From Lingula anatina (taxonomy: Eukaryota > Animalia > Brachiopoda): a DNA stretch of 64,000 bases. The notes beneath the pieces were generated by a model, which saw only the letters and a list, made by a program, of their open reading frames with translations, did not search any database and was not told the DNA's origin. Of this stretch, positions 51,674 to 64,000 are shown one piece after another. How positions within the stretch are numbered: position 1 is the first letter of the stretch; each line of letters begins with the position of its first letter. The stretch lies in assembly GCA_051362555.1 (NCBI GenBank), contig CM120644.1, forward strand, positions 19,304,534-19,368,533, given 5' to 3'. Both the position numbers and the translations under genes were made by a program.

Positions 51674-54125
51674 TTAGTTGTCCAAAAACAGCAAATTTAT
51701 AAGGTAATAGTTTGTTTTTGTCATCTGAACACACCATTGAAAGGCGTAGAAAGGATTTTTCATAATTGTTATAATGAGACCTGGTGTGGTCCTTTTTATG
51801 CCAGTAAGTATTTCATAGATATCATTGTCAGTAATGATGGTGATATTCTCCGTGGTAAAAGTGTCATCATCTTTATGATTGTATTCTGTTCTGTCTTCCT
51901 CATATATATGATGGGTTACGACATTATTGTTTGTCAGTTTATTTTCCACATTCTTTATAACATCCTTCTCCCCCTCTGAATCTAGAAAACTGTTATGTCC
52001 ACTTTCATTGCTAAAAGTTCCATGTATATTATTAGAATCATGTTTTCTTTTGTTGTGCATTGTTTCATGTGTTCTGCAATTATTCCCTTGACTGAATTCT
52101 ACTCCACATTTGTCTGGTTTCTCACAAGTGTTCATTCTTTTAGGGCTAGTGCAGGCCAATTTTGTTATAAACTCTTTGCAAGAGAATTTGCATGTATAAT
52201 GCTTCTCTCCAGTATGAATGGTTTCATGGACAGTGCAAAAACCTTGTGTAACAGTTTTGTCACCAGTGTAATATCTTTCATGGTAAGTGCAATTCCCTTC
52301 TGGGGTGACAGTTTTCACAGAAATTCTACACTTAAAAGGTTTGTCTCCAGTATGATTTTTTTCATGAAGTTTGCTAGAATTGTTTTGTGTAAAAGTTTCC
52401 TCATGGAATCTACATTTGTAAGATTTTTGGTCTTTAAAACTTTTGTCGCAGAATCTACATTTGTAAGGTTTGTCTCCTGTGTGAACTCTTTCATGCACAA
52501 CGCAAGGACCTTTTTGTGTAAAAGTTTTGCCACAGAATCTACACTTAAAAGGTCTCTCTCCTGTGTGAATTATCTCATGGCGTATGCAAGAATTTTTGTG
52601 TTTAAAAGTTTTGTCACAGAATGTACACGTAAAGGGTTTCTCTCCTGTGTGAATTCTCTCATGATATATGCAAGATGTTTTGTCTTTAAAACTTTTGTCA
52701 CAGAATTTACACTTGTAAGGTTTGTCTCCAGTTTGAATTCTTTCGTGCTGAGTGCAAAGGCCTTTTTGAGTAAAAGTTTTGTCCCAGAATTTACACTTGT
52801 TAGGTTTCTCTAAAGTATGAATTCTTTCATGCACAATGCAATTGCCCTTTTTAATAAAAGATTTGTCACAGATTCTACACTTGTAAGGTCTCTCTCCTGT
52901 GTGAATTCTCTCATGATAAATGCAAGATTTTTTGTCTTTAAAACTTTTGTCACAGAATCTACACTTCTAAGGTTTGTCTCCTGTGTGATTTCTTTCATGA
53001 TTAATGCAATTCCCTTTATGACTGAAAGTTTTGTCACAGAATCTACACTTGTAGGGTTTGTCTCCAGTATGAATTCTTTCATGCACAGTGCAAGGACCTT
53101 TTTGTGTAAAATTTTTGTCACAGAATCTACACTTGTAAGGTTTCTCTCCTGTGTGAATTCTCTCATGACATATGCAACTATTTTTGTTTATAAAAGTTTT
53201 GTCACAGAATCTACACTTGTAGGGTTTGTCTCCAGTATGAATTCTTTCGTGCACAGTGCAAGGACCTTTTTGTGTAAAAGTTTTGTCACAGAATCTACAC
53301 TTGTAAGGTTTCTCTCCTGTGTGAATTCTCTCATGACGTATGCAACTATTTTTGTTTATAAAAGTTTTGTCACAGAATCTACACTTGTAAGGTTTGTCTC
53401 CAGTATGAATTCTCTCATGCACAATGCAATGGCCTTTTTGAGTAAAAGTTTTGTCACAGAATCTACACTTGTAAGGTCTCTCTCCTGTGTGAATTCTCTC
53501 ATGATATTTGCAATTATATTTTTCTGTAAAAGTTTTGTCACAGAGTCTACACTTGTAAGGTTTGTCTCCTTTGCACATTTTTACTGAATGCTGTAAGAAC
53601 TTAACTGGTGGTATAAAAGTCTTGACACAGAATCTACACTTGTAAGGTTTCTCCCCAGTATAATTATTTTCTTGAATTTCATGAGATGATTAATCACTGA
53701 AAGATTCTTGTCACAAGTTACAATTCCAAGGCTTTCACGTAATTTCTTTTTTTGGTTTGTCATTCCTTTTCCAGACAATCCGTCAGCCATTGTTACACTA
53801 CTGTTTTACATTTTACTGTGAGCCAGCCTGTCACTTGGATAAGGTGTAAGACTTATGAGGCTTTATATGTCCTTTCCAATTACTGAAATTGTCTTCACAA
53901 TTCAACTCTCAGAGCACCATAAGAATATCCATTTGGATTCTGTATGAACTTGTTGTTAAGATATCCAATGCACCCAGTTTTTGTACTGAGCAATGCATAA
54001 AGTTGTATTAGGAACCCCCTGTTTAAAATCTTGAATCCAGTCATTCTATTGGATGATGTTAATTGCTGGTTACAGTGGACATCTGATTGGTTGAAGTCAT
54101 TTCTCTCCAATACTTCAGATGCCAT
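51674..54125 (-). pseudogene. Tandem C2H2 zinc-finger gene (about 14 intact plus several degenerate fingers), disrupted
   Basis: Repeated [10 protein letters not shown]...HERIHTG(E/D)KP. An in-frame TAG at 52967-52969 replaces the linker Tyr, and the frame continues into ORF 51674-52834. The 5' part (53580-54125) is broken into different frames. Confidence 0.85.
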
Positions 54126-54697
54126 AATTTAAAGATGTTATCTGCACAACCCACTGCATATAATTATCTGTTATTACTTCACTAAGCATTGGTAAACATG
54201 TGACATGACATTCCATCAAGCTCACATCTAGTTAGTTAAAAGACAAGAAGTGATTTTATCAGTCAGTTTGTATTTGTCACACATGCCAGGCTGGTTCTGT
54301 AGATGATGTGATGAGTCATTCAGCAGCCAGCAGTTTAAAAAGGGGGGGGGGGGGGGGGGGGTCTGTTTCTAAAAAAAAAAAAAGGAACTTTTACCATCCA
54401 ATCTTTGTTTACTTAGATAAATTTTTACTCAGAGGGAACATTTTCCCAGCAAAAAGGGACCCCCACATCCCCTGGCTACTGGGCCTGTTTAGGTTAAGGA
54501 ATTTATATAAAAAATTTAGTTCAGTTATAGGTATTAAAACTTAATTCATTAACTCCACCAAGGTATGTTACTTTCAAAAAGGAGCAGGATTGGACTTTTT
54601 AAAAGGAATGATATTTAACAGTTTTTTTTCATTAACTCCACCAAGGCATGTTACTTTTTAAAATGAGCAAGAATAGACCTTTTTATAAGGAATAAAA

Positions 54698-55018
54698 AGG
54701 GATAATTTTTGACAGTTTTGCTGGCGTTTTGGCCAAAAAGTGAATTTTCCTGGAGAAAACAACAATTTTCAAATACTTACCACTGGTTAAAGAATCCCTT
54801 TTTTTTCTAGAATTTTTTTTTGTCATAATCTTTTAATAGATTATAAAGAGAGTATAGCCATTAATAGAGGTCACGTGGTCTTAAGACAAGCCTAAATATT
54901 AGAATAATAGCTATAACTGCAAGTTTTGTGGTAAAACAATATATTATATTTCTATAAATTGTTCAAAATGTTTTTATTGTGAAATATATAGATCTCATGC
55001 GAAGAGATATTATCCCTT
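54698..55018 (-). mobile_element. Kolobok-like non-autonomous element
   Basis: agggataat...tattatccct ends; same family as 50680-51016. Absent in copy 1. Confidence 0.65.
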
Positions 55019-55552
55019 TATTGTGTGCGCATGTGCAATTATTTTACTTTTCATGACTGCATTTTTGCCAGCTTTTCTGTTTCAAAGATAATTTATCCCT
55101 AGTGTTAATTTTTGTCTCTCAGGGTAGTGTGCCAATAGGCCAGGAAAACACTTTTTGTTGATAGCAGCTGTAATATCAGTGATCCACCACACCATTAAGA
55201 CAGAGATGGAAACACCTACAGGGTACCTCAGATATGTACATGTACGTCATGTATGGTTAAGTTAACAGTTTACTCACAGGGAATAGTACCAGTGTTAAAT
55301 GAACTGGTTTGTCTAGCTGATAACAACTTAATATATTGAAAGCTTTCTGACATGAAAGTTTGTACTGATGATCAGAAAACCAACAGAGCTTGTAAAGAGA
55401 AAAAACATTTGTTTCTTTTACCTATTGTTAAAGGGAACAGTTTGGTTGCTTTTAGAATTTTAAAAATTCTTTTGCTAATGTTGTTGAAATTTTGGTTGCT
55501 GTTTAGTGTCTGTATATTTGCCAGTTTTGATGTTGAGTTGTTTTTTCCTTCA

Positions 55553-56050
55553 GAATTTTGGCTCATTTCTTGTGGAAGTCGTGAGAAAGGACCAGAAATT
55601 GTGGGTGGTTGCCGAGGCCATGGACGCCATCTTTGATGTGTTTGCAGATGATTATCTGGACCTGTTGTCATGGAGATTAGATAACAAAAAACTCCAGACC
55701 ATATGGTACCACAGCTGACAGCTAAGGTAAATTGTTTCTTAATTAATCAATTAAATCAAATACCTTTGTCAGGAGCAGTTGCCTTATCTGCATAGTGGAC
55801 AAAATGAAAAAGTGTCCCATTTTGCTCATTGAAATGATTCCTGCAGTTGGGTATTTGATATATTCTTTTACAGTATAAAGATATCTTTATTTAAAGACAT
55901 TTTGATGAATTAAAGTGATGGATATCTTCTGAAGAAATATTGTGATATTTTTCCAGATTCATCAACTGAAGAGAAACCTAGGAGACCACCTTCCTATCAG
56001 CATGAAAGCAAGGACAAATCTGATGTACTTCATCTAATGCAAATCTTGAC
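55553..56050 (+). pseudogene. HEATR3: HEATR3-like last two exons, copy 2
   Basis: The exon after ttccttcag reads NFGSFLVEVVRKDQKLWVVAEAMDAIFDVFADD, resembling the HEATR3/Syo1 C-terminal EALDALFDVFAD motif. The next exon reads IHQLKRNLGDHLPISMKARTNLMYFI*. It has a frameshift and premature stops, and no recognisable upstream coding exons. Confidence 0.7.
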
Positions 56051-58158
56051 CAGTAGAACTAAGACATGTTTTTATTCTGAAAGTTACTTACAACTCAGCA
56101 TTAATTTGGATCAAAGAAATAATTAGAGTGTAGCATGTCAAGTTCCATAGTTTTCTGGTGTCAAGTCAGTTTAATATCAGGCAACACTGATATTAAGCAT
56201 TAATATTTATTTATTTATTATTTTTTCCACAACTTTTATGATTGTCCCATTAGAAGATTCATGTGTTATCACAAGAGACTGATGTAAAACTTGTTTTTGT
56301 TTTTAGCCTTTTCTTTTAAAATTAAATATCAAAATGTGTGGGACTGTATTGACTGTTTAAACTTTGACCCACTAACTGAGACAACCAAGTGATTAAATTT
56401 CTTTTCTTCTTTTCTGGTTGCTCACGAGCTAAATAATTTTTTAAATTATGCTTTTGTGAGGCTTAAGTTGTTCAATTATTGTCTACACCACATTGAATTG
56501 GTTTGATTTGATTAAACTTTGTATAACACTCTAATACTCAAATAAATTACATTGTTTTAAATAGGTGTAGATGTTAATAAATTTTTTTTTGTGAATCTCA
56601 AGATATAAAAGTCATAAAACTGTTGTTGGAAATATAGATTATTGGTTTAATTTAACAGGAATAGATACATTGTATGGCAGTATGATATTCTATAAATAAC
56701 ATAGTTTTAGGTTGGTGTGGATGTTTAAAAGAATTAATTCCTTAATTTTATTTATCTATCCATGGGGGGGGGGGGGGGGGGGCTATATTCCAATGGCTTT
56801 CATTTGTTTTCTAGTTGAATTAAGATGGTTTGCGTGTCCTAATTTTTTCAAAGCATTTGCCACCATATATGTGTTAGTTTACTGTAACTTCAATTTTGCC
56901 AACAAATGCACATCATAGTTTTGTCATGTTCCGTAGTCTACTATTGCTGCGTAAAATTTAAAAAGAACTTGTTGGACGGGTGGGCTCCCCATTATTTTTT
57001 TCTTCATTGTCTTTCATGATATACAAATTTATGTTATATTTTATGTTACACAATTTACATCATAAAGAAAATATGCATCAAATGGATGAGATCCTTTGTG
57101 TATTTGTGCTAATTATTTGCATTTTATAATAACCTTAGATTATCTGTTGTAATCAAAGGTGAACATACTAGAATATAAAAGCAAAAGGGTAGTTATCAGT
57201 AATTAAGCAGCGTGGTAAGGTATGTGAGTGTGAGTGTTTATGTATGTATTTGAGTATACTTAAAAGTTTGTGCAATGTATAGTTTATTTCTTAACTTTAA
57301 TAAAAGAAATTTAAAAAAAAATTGAAGATAAACTTGAATCAGAAATCAAGTGTTGCCTTAAAGCAAGAATCACTTTATGTTTTTTTAGAACTTTTTATTT
57401 AAAAGAGTCCCATTGGGTGTTTTTTTTACCTGTGAAAGCCACTTTTTATCCCCTGAGATGCCTGAAATGTCCTTGTAGCACCTCATTCCCATAACTCGTA
57501 AATACGGCTTTTTTATTTTTTGCCCTTCATGTAACAAAGTATTATACCCAGTAATTCGTAATTTTTATGATTTTCAACTCATACTGCCTGTGAGGTATGC
57601 ATGAAGTTTTGATTACTATGATTTTTGAATTGATGATTTTATTTCCCATTAACTGTGACCACCTCTTCCTAATGCTACCCTCAATTAAGAAATGAAAGAA
57701 AAACAAAACACATTTGATTACACAAAATTAATATTTTATTGTAAAATTAAGAGAATGTCATTTGAAGTTTTTAACTGGCTGCTTCAGAGGCAATAGAAGT
57801 TCTGCAATGATGACCCTGAAAAATAAGAAGATGAAAAATTTAAAATATAAATCAGTTAAAATGTATTAGCTGTAAAAAGATGTTGACAGTAACTCTACAA
57901 CCAGCAGCTCCCGGCTGCTATCATAATTACCGAACAGGTTTTACCAGCTGTTTGACCGAGTGTGCCTCTTAAAAACTGAAAGTTCACTTAGTTATGATGC
58001 CATCAAAACAAGGAAACAAACAAAAGAACTTCCTTGTGACTGTATAATGAATCTGTTCTTTTTTAAAATGTTGTCAAATTTCTTAATATCGAGAGTGATT
58101 TAAGTTATTTAATAACAACAACAAAAATAACAGCAACAATAATAATAATAATAACCAT

Positions 58159-59040
58159 TTATGTTCTTGATCTTCGTCTAAAGCAAGACATGAAAAGACT
58201 TAAAAATCTTCTCCACCTAGATGGGCGTCTGTCCTTGGGAACTGAAATATATGACTCAATATTACTTACTAATATGCAATAATATATAACCCTCAATATG
58301 TAGTCAGTGCACCACATTTTTTCATGCATGCAACTGTACCGAAAATCTTTTACAATTATTTAGAATAAACAAATTGGACAAGTAAAGCCCATAATGTGTT
58401 TACACATCAATACGCAGTGTAAGTGTGTGAGTATGTGTGTGTGTATGTGTGTGTACATGCACAATCACATTCCGTCAGTGTAATAAATAAATCCCTATTC
58501 TATTGATCCTGCTATCTTACCTCTCTCTTTCATGTCCTCTGTCAGGGTTGTTGTGTCATTGATACTGACTGAAGAAAGACAAGAAAACAAATTAAACATC
58601 CCATACATGTGTGCACAACAAAGATTCAATACATTACTGAACATAGTCAAAGATACATTGAAAGATTTTGATAACTGAACAGTAAATTTTAACTCGGTGT
58701 TTGTGCGTAAGAGTCTCCACCCTAAAGTCCATCTGTGTGTGTTAAATTTACATTTTTTAAGTGTCTTAAATGAATTCCTGTTAAATTGCCCCTACTGTCT
58801 TACCTTTTTCTTTGATGTCCTCAGCATCTGACACACTCTTTGTGTCTTTGATATCAGCTGAAGAAAAAATGATATCAAATAAAATTTTAACATTCTATAT
58901 CTGTGCATGTTCAAATACGTAGGTTTCAGCATAACAATTTGTTAAGAACATTCAAATATTTAATTGACTTTAAAAAATTATCTTCTTAAGTATGCTAAAA
59001 ACAAGCTTTGTTTGAGCAACATGATTGCGGTATGTATAAA

Positions 59041-59073
<33 letters not shown>

Positions 59074-60680
59074 TAGTTTGTGTGTGTGTGTGTGTATGTG
59101 TATGTGTGTGTGTGCATGCATGTGTCATAAGTATATTAAAAGTCAAACTTATTTTACTGAGATTCCTGTCTTACCTATCTCCTCAATACTTAGGGTCTTA
59201 ACAATTGTAACATTTTTCTTGGCTTTTGTATCATCTGAAAGAACAGAATTGAATTTTAGTGATCATTGATTACACAGCAAGAGCATTAATTTTTCTGAAG
59301 ATAAAGTATCTTCTTAAGACTGTCTACGGCCAGACATACTGTGCAACACAGTGTGCATGTGTGTGTGCATGTATGTGTGTGTGTGTATGCTGGTGTGTGT
59401 GCATGTGCTAATGTATGTGTGTGTGTGTGCACATGTGTATGTTTCATGTGTGTATTAAAGTCATAATTATTTTACTGACATTCCAGTCTTATCTATCTCT
59501 TTAGTGTTAGGATTCTTTACAATTGTTACTATGTTGGTATCAGCTGAAACAATGAGAATTGAATTGAAATCTAAGGAAACACAATACATATATTTGTTCT
59601 TTCTAAACTTAACACATCAAATACATCATGGCATTGAGTAGAATACAGTAAACCTGGTGATTCTGTATGTTGGAGACAAAAGGGGGGGTGTTACTCTGTT
59701 AATCTGATTGTATTCAGCGAGAGTTTCCATGGAGTTAGTGCATATTAGCTAGGTCTTTATATTCAGACTTGCACCCTGAGAGTCAGAGCACTAGTGGGCT
59801 TGATTTGGTCTTAAAGTGCAATTTAAGAACACAAACAGTCTTACCTGATCTTAAAACATGAGTAAGACCATTTCTAGTCTGACAGCCAATTAAGTTGTCT
59901 CCCCTTACACATTCTCCTATTGTGAGCAGAGGCGTCCTCTATTGTGAGGGGAGGTGTCCCCCATTGTGAGGGGAAGAAACTGCTTGACCACTTAAGTAGA
60001 TGTTAGATCATTTTTAATCTTAAAAGCAGATTCAGTCCATTTTAAGACTACTGTTGTAATGATTAAGATTGTGTAAGATCACTTGTGAACTTAAATTGCA
60101 CTTTAAGACCATATCTAGCCCACTAGTGGAGTGTTGTAGCCATAAATAATTTTATTTCATGATTCCTTGCTAGTAGATTAAAAATGCACCAAGTTAATTG
60201 CTATATCTACTGAATTATTGTCTTGAATAGAGCAATACAATTATATAATGCAATTCACTTACCACTGGTGTGGACTTCAGGCTCGCACATGTAGTTCAAC
60301 TCTGGAAAAAGATGTCACATTTATTTGTCATTCACAAATTATGATATAGATTAAAATATAGTCTAAAATGTATTTGACAGATTTAAGGGATCATTTCATC
60401 ATTTCTTTCCATAGGTTATATTTTATAGGATTGTGAGATCAAATAACCTTTAATATCCATATGTTATACATGACAGAATTAAAAGTTCAATTCACCTTTT
60501 ATTTTCATTGGTTATATCAAATAGAATAATAAGATCAAGCACCTTTTATTTCCATGTCCAGTTCTCCCCAAGTACAGGTCACTTCCATGCTGTCCTTGGT
60601 GGTCACCTGGAGGCACCTGTTCCTAAAGGGTTCAGGCTCCCATGTCCAGCCAGACCCAGGATGGTAAGGCTGAATAATTA

Positions 60681-60714
<34 letters not shown>

Positions 60715-60881
60715 GATGATATATAAATGTCTAAAATGAAAAACAAAATGTTAAAAAATATATGCAATAACTGATAAATCAAATACACTAGAGAAATGAA
60801 TGAAGGTATAAATAAATACTTCAACATGTCAGACTTTAAATTTCCTTTTTCAATTAAAAAAATTACTTTTATCTTATTACT

Positions 60882-60929
<48 letters not shown>

Positions 60930-61360
60930 AATAATACTTACATTTTGTGGCTTAATGAATTTCCATTCAATTTTTGAGCCCTTGGGCAGGGGAAACTCTG
61001 CCCTTAGAGACGGGACACCCATGCTAGTTGTTCTTGGCATGTTAATGCCGCGCTGGGTGTCCCAGCCTCCAAGGGCAGTTCCCCTGCCCACCACTTTTGC
61101 TTTCAACAGGTTTTCTCTCAAAATTAGTCTGACAGTGGCTTTGGCTGTTCAAAATAAAAAGTAAAATAGAAAGAAATCCTATCAATATATCTTTTTGATA
61201 TTTTCACTACAGATATTCAAATTGACCACTTAAATAATGTAAATAAAGAATGGGATATCTTACTTTCATATTATGAAGAAATTAATGAGTTGTTTTAATC
61301 CCCATTGTAATGAATTGCCAGTCCATGTATCAAACACATACAGTCACATGCACACACACG

Positions 61361-61405
<45 letters not shown>

Positions 61406-61753
61406 CTTACGAGCACACTGTTCTTTTTTGTTTATGTCAATCTCCATATCAGCTGTCATCTGCAATAGTGTAATAAATAAATAAATGAAATCTTAGTTTA
61501 ATAAGATGCAAATAATAGATTTCTGTATCTTCATTTGATAGTTTTTAAAAAATAAACATTTGCGCCATTACAAGAATGATCAGCAAAACGTTGTGTGACA
61601 GGAAATTTCCAAGAATTTTATTTAGAATATTAATTAATCACGAAAACATCATGGACAACACTGTAAAAAGGCGCTATGTGGGCTTACTTTAAACTTGATA
61701 CGGTTTTTCAGTTAGGAATAAAAAATAAAACTTACCAGCGACTGTGTAGACAT
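58159..61753 (-). CDS. 226-aa protein: N-terminal CBM20 starch/glycogen-binding module, microexon linker, basic amphipathic C-terminus
   Basis: Nine GT-AG exons: 61753-61736, 61459-61411, 61144-60942, 60669-60543, 60301-60263, 59234-59175, 58857-58804, 58568-58521 and 58241-58159. Total 681 nt with all phases compatible. CBM20 motifs VVG..LGGWD, LP.G..IEWKFI, WE...NR and W. AATAAA near 57737. Confidence 0.82.
59789..60128. mobile_element. CACTA/EnSpm-type MITE, 3-bp TSD gag
   Basis: gag|cactagtgggcttgatttggtcttaaagtgcaatttaag...cttaaattgcactttaagaccatatctagcccactagtg|gag. Empty site at about 12600 in copy 1. Confidence 0.9.
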
Positions 61754-62961
61754 TGTCTCTTTGCTTTGTTTACAAAACAATTAATAAGAATAATTATTGT
61801 ATAAAGAAATTTCATTGGACGGCTCCTGTATTGTTTCCTAAACTTTTAACCAATCATAGTTTCGCTTTGTTGAAGCTTTCGACCTTGAGTCTTTCTGCTA
61901 AATACAAATCACAATATATCACAATATATATCACAGAGCCTGGACCCTGGTAATATCTATTGCAGTGCCAAAACTTCGCCCCATCTTTGCAAGAGTTTCT
62001 TAGAAAGAAAGCGGTGAATCTGTTGCTGATACTGGCTGCAGTCCATTACAAATCCAAAGTAGCACCTCTTGCGCAGCGCCATCTATACAAGACAATGTTT
62101 AGTATAGACGCTGAAGGGTGACGCTGAAAGCCGGGAATTTCATCAAACGTTCTATACAATGAATGTCACCTTTCATCAGGAAACTTTACCTCTATGGTTC
62201 TGTTATAGATTCTAATGGCAAACTTTATTTTTGAATTCTGGATGAGACATCTGAAGTGAAGAACACATATGGTATCGACTGTGTCAGTTGTTCACTGTTC
62301 ACATCACGATGCAATGTGCTGGTGAAGATTTTACAATTTGCTACGACGCTGATTAAAAGTGCTTTTGGAAAACTGACAAGATTGCACACCGTCATCAGTT
62401 TTGCCATTCCCTCTTCATCAGTAGTTACGCAATGGCTTATGAAGGTGAGATAATTAACTGGAGAACTGACGTTGTATCTTCTATAATAATTTATATAATT
62501 CAATTCAATTCAATTTATTTCTGTACTGGTACATAGATTGTCATGACCTTGTACAGTATGACATACTAATGACGATACAATACAGTTAGTGCATTACCAT
62601 TTCTCTAGTTGGTATTATGTTGCCTAACCATTTGTGAAGGAAAAAATAATCTTTATATAATGAACATACGTACTAGTAAAATTACTCATAAAATATTCTA
62701 TCTAAGCAATGAGATTAACCTTGGTGTGATTATAAATTTACCATAAACATACTATAAACATGTTACACAAAAGTTGGAGAGGGACACTAAAGTATCTTTC
62801 TTGGCACTGTTAAATACAATGTAAGTAGACCTTTTTCCTGTTCCTCGGTAGACATCTGTCGAAATAGTAACATATGAACTGAACTATGAATATCACAAAC
62901 TTCCCATGGAGTGTCTACTTAGGTGTACTAGCACTACCAACCTGAGTTTCAGAAACCACTA

Positions 62962-63112
62962 CAGGCCCATAGCCGGGGGGGGGGGGGGGGGGGTTTCAAA
63001 AGAACCGCCCTTTTTTGCTGGAAAAGGTCCACTCTGGGTAAAAATTTGATCTAGGTACCTAAAGATTTAATGGTAAAAGGTCCACTTTTTAAAATTGCTG
63101 GCTATGGGCCTG
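62962..63112 (+). mobile_element. MITE with CAGGCCCATAGCC TIRs, 5-bp TSD cacta
   Basis: cacta|caggcccatagcc...ggctatgggcctg|cacta. Older relatives at about 2460-2605 and 54325-54487. Confidence 0.85.
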
Positions 63113-63289
63113 CACTATAAACCCACCTGTTTATTATCAGTACTGGTACAGTGTATGCTTCAGCCTTGACTTATAACAACACTTTATTTTGTAAACCTAC
63201 TAAAATTCCATTACTCTAATATTCTGGATCTTGAGGAAAACAGCTGATCACTGACTTTTTGTCTTTCTAGCCCATCATACCAACAAAGG

Positions 63290-64000
63290 AACACAATGAT
63301 TCCAGACTACTACACTGTACTAGGAGACACAGGACTATACTGCCACAGTGGAACACGATGACTTCAGACTACTACACTGTACTAGGAGACAGGACTATAC
63401 TGCCACAATGGAACACGATGACTTCAGACTACTACACTGTACTAGGAGACACAGGACTATACTGCCACAATGGAACACGATGACTCCAGACTACTACACT
63501 GTACTAGGAGGCACAGGACTATACTGCCACAATGGAACACAATGACTCCAGACTACTACACTGTACTAGGAGACACAGGACTATACTGCCACAGTGGAAC
63601 ACGATGACTTCAGACTACTACACTGTACTAGGAGGCACAGGACTATACTGCCACAATGGAACACGATGACTCCAGACTACTACACTGTACTAGGAGGCAC
63701 AGGACTATACTGTCACAATGGAACACAATGACTCCAGACTACTACACTGTACTAGGAGACACAGGACTATACTGCCACAATGGAACACAATGACTCCAGA
63801 CTACTACACTGTACTAGGAGGCACAGGGCTATACTGCCACAATGGAACACAATGACTCCAGACTACTACACTGTACTAGGAGGCACAGGACTATACTGTC
63901 ACAATGGAACACAATGACTCCAGACTACTACACTGTACTAGGAGGCACAGGGCTATACTGCCACAATGGAACACGATGACTTCAAACTACTACACTGTAC
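63290..64000 (+). repeat. 62-bp minisatellite, at least 11 units (runs off the window)
   Basis: Same unit as 15207-15762. Confidence 0.95.

Larger units (their letters stand above)
50376..64000 (+). repeat. Segmental duplication, copy 2 (runs off the window)
   Basis: Collinear with 82-15762. Confidence 0.9.

Noticed and set aside
51995-53587. Plus-strand 272-aa and 256-aa ORFs
   Set aside because: Antisense shadows of the C2H2 array.

Overview
AT-rich, intron-containing animal genomic DNA (invertebrate-like; taxon not determinable from sequence alone). The window holds two diverged direct copies of a segmental duplication (about 80-15760 and about 50380-64000+). Each copy carries a minus-strand C2H2 zinc-finger array, plus-strand HEATR3-like 3' exon remnants, a minus-strand multi-exon CBM20 (starch/glycogen-binding) gene and a 62-bp minisatellite. 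The CBM20 gene is intact in copy 2 and frameshifted in copy 1. Between the copies lie a higher-order ~193-bp repeat, decayed LRP2/megalin-like 3' exons, a Ginger-like fold-back element, several MITEs and a decayed env-bearing LTR retrotransposon. Inserted into that env is a young, nearly intact tyrosine-recombinase retrotransposon (41097-46960; gag, RT/RNase H/MT, YR; split direct repeats A1...B1-A2-B2). The most notable observations are inside this element: a nine-unit ~94-bp array with a conserved GTCA-GGAT-TGAC hairpin core between pol and YR, a predicted in-frame gag-to-YR splice, and TSD-free integration through a shared ATAA core. All family assignments come from motif recognition by eye; no database searches were run.
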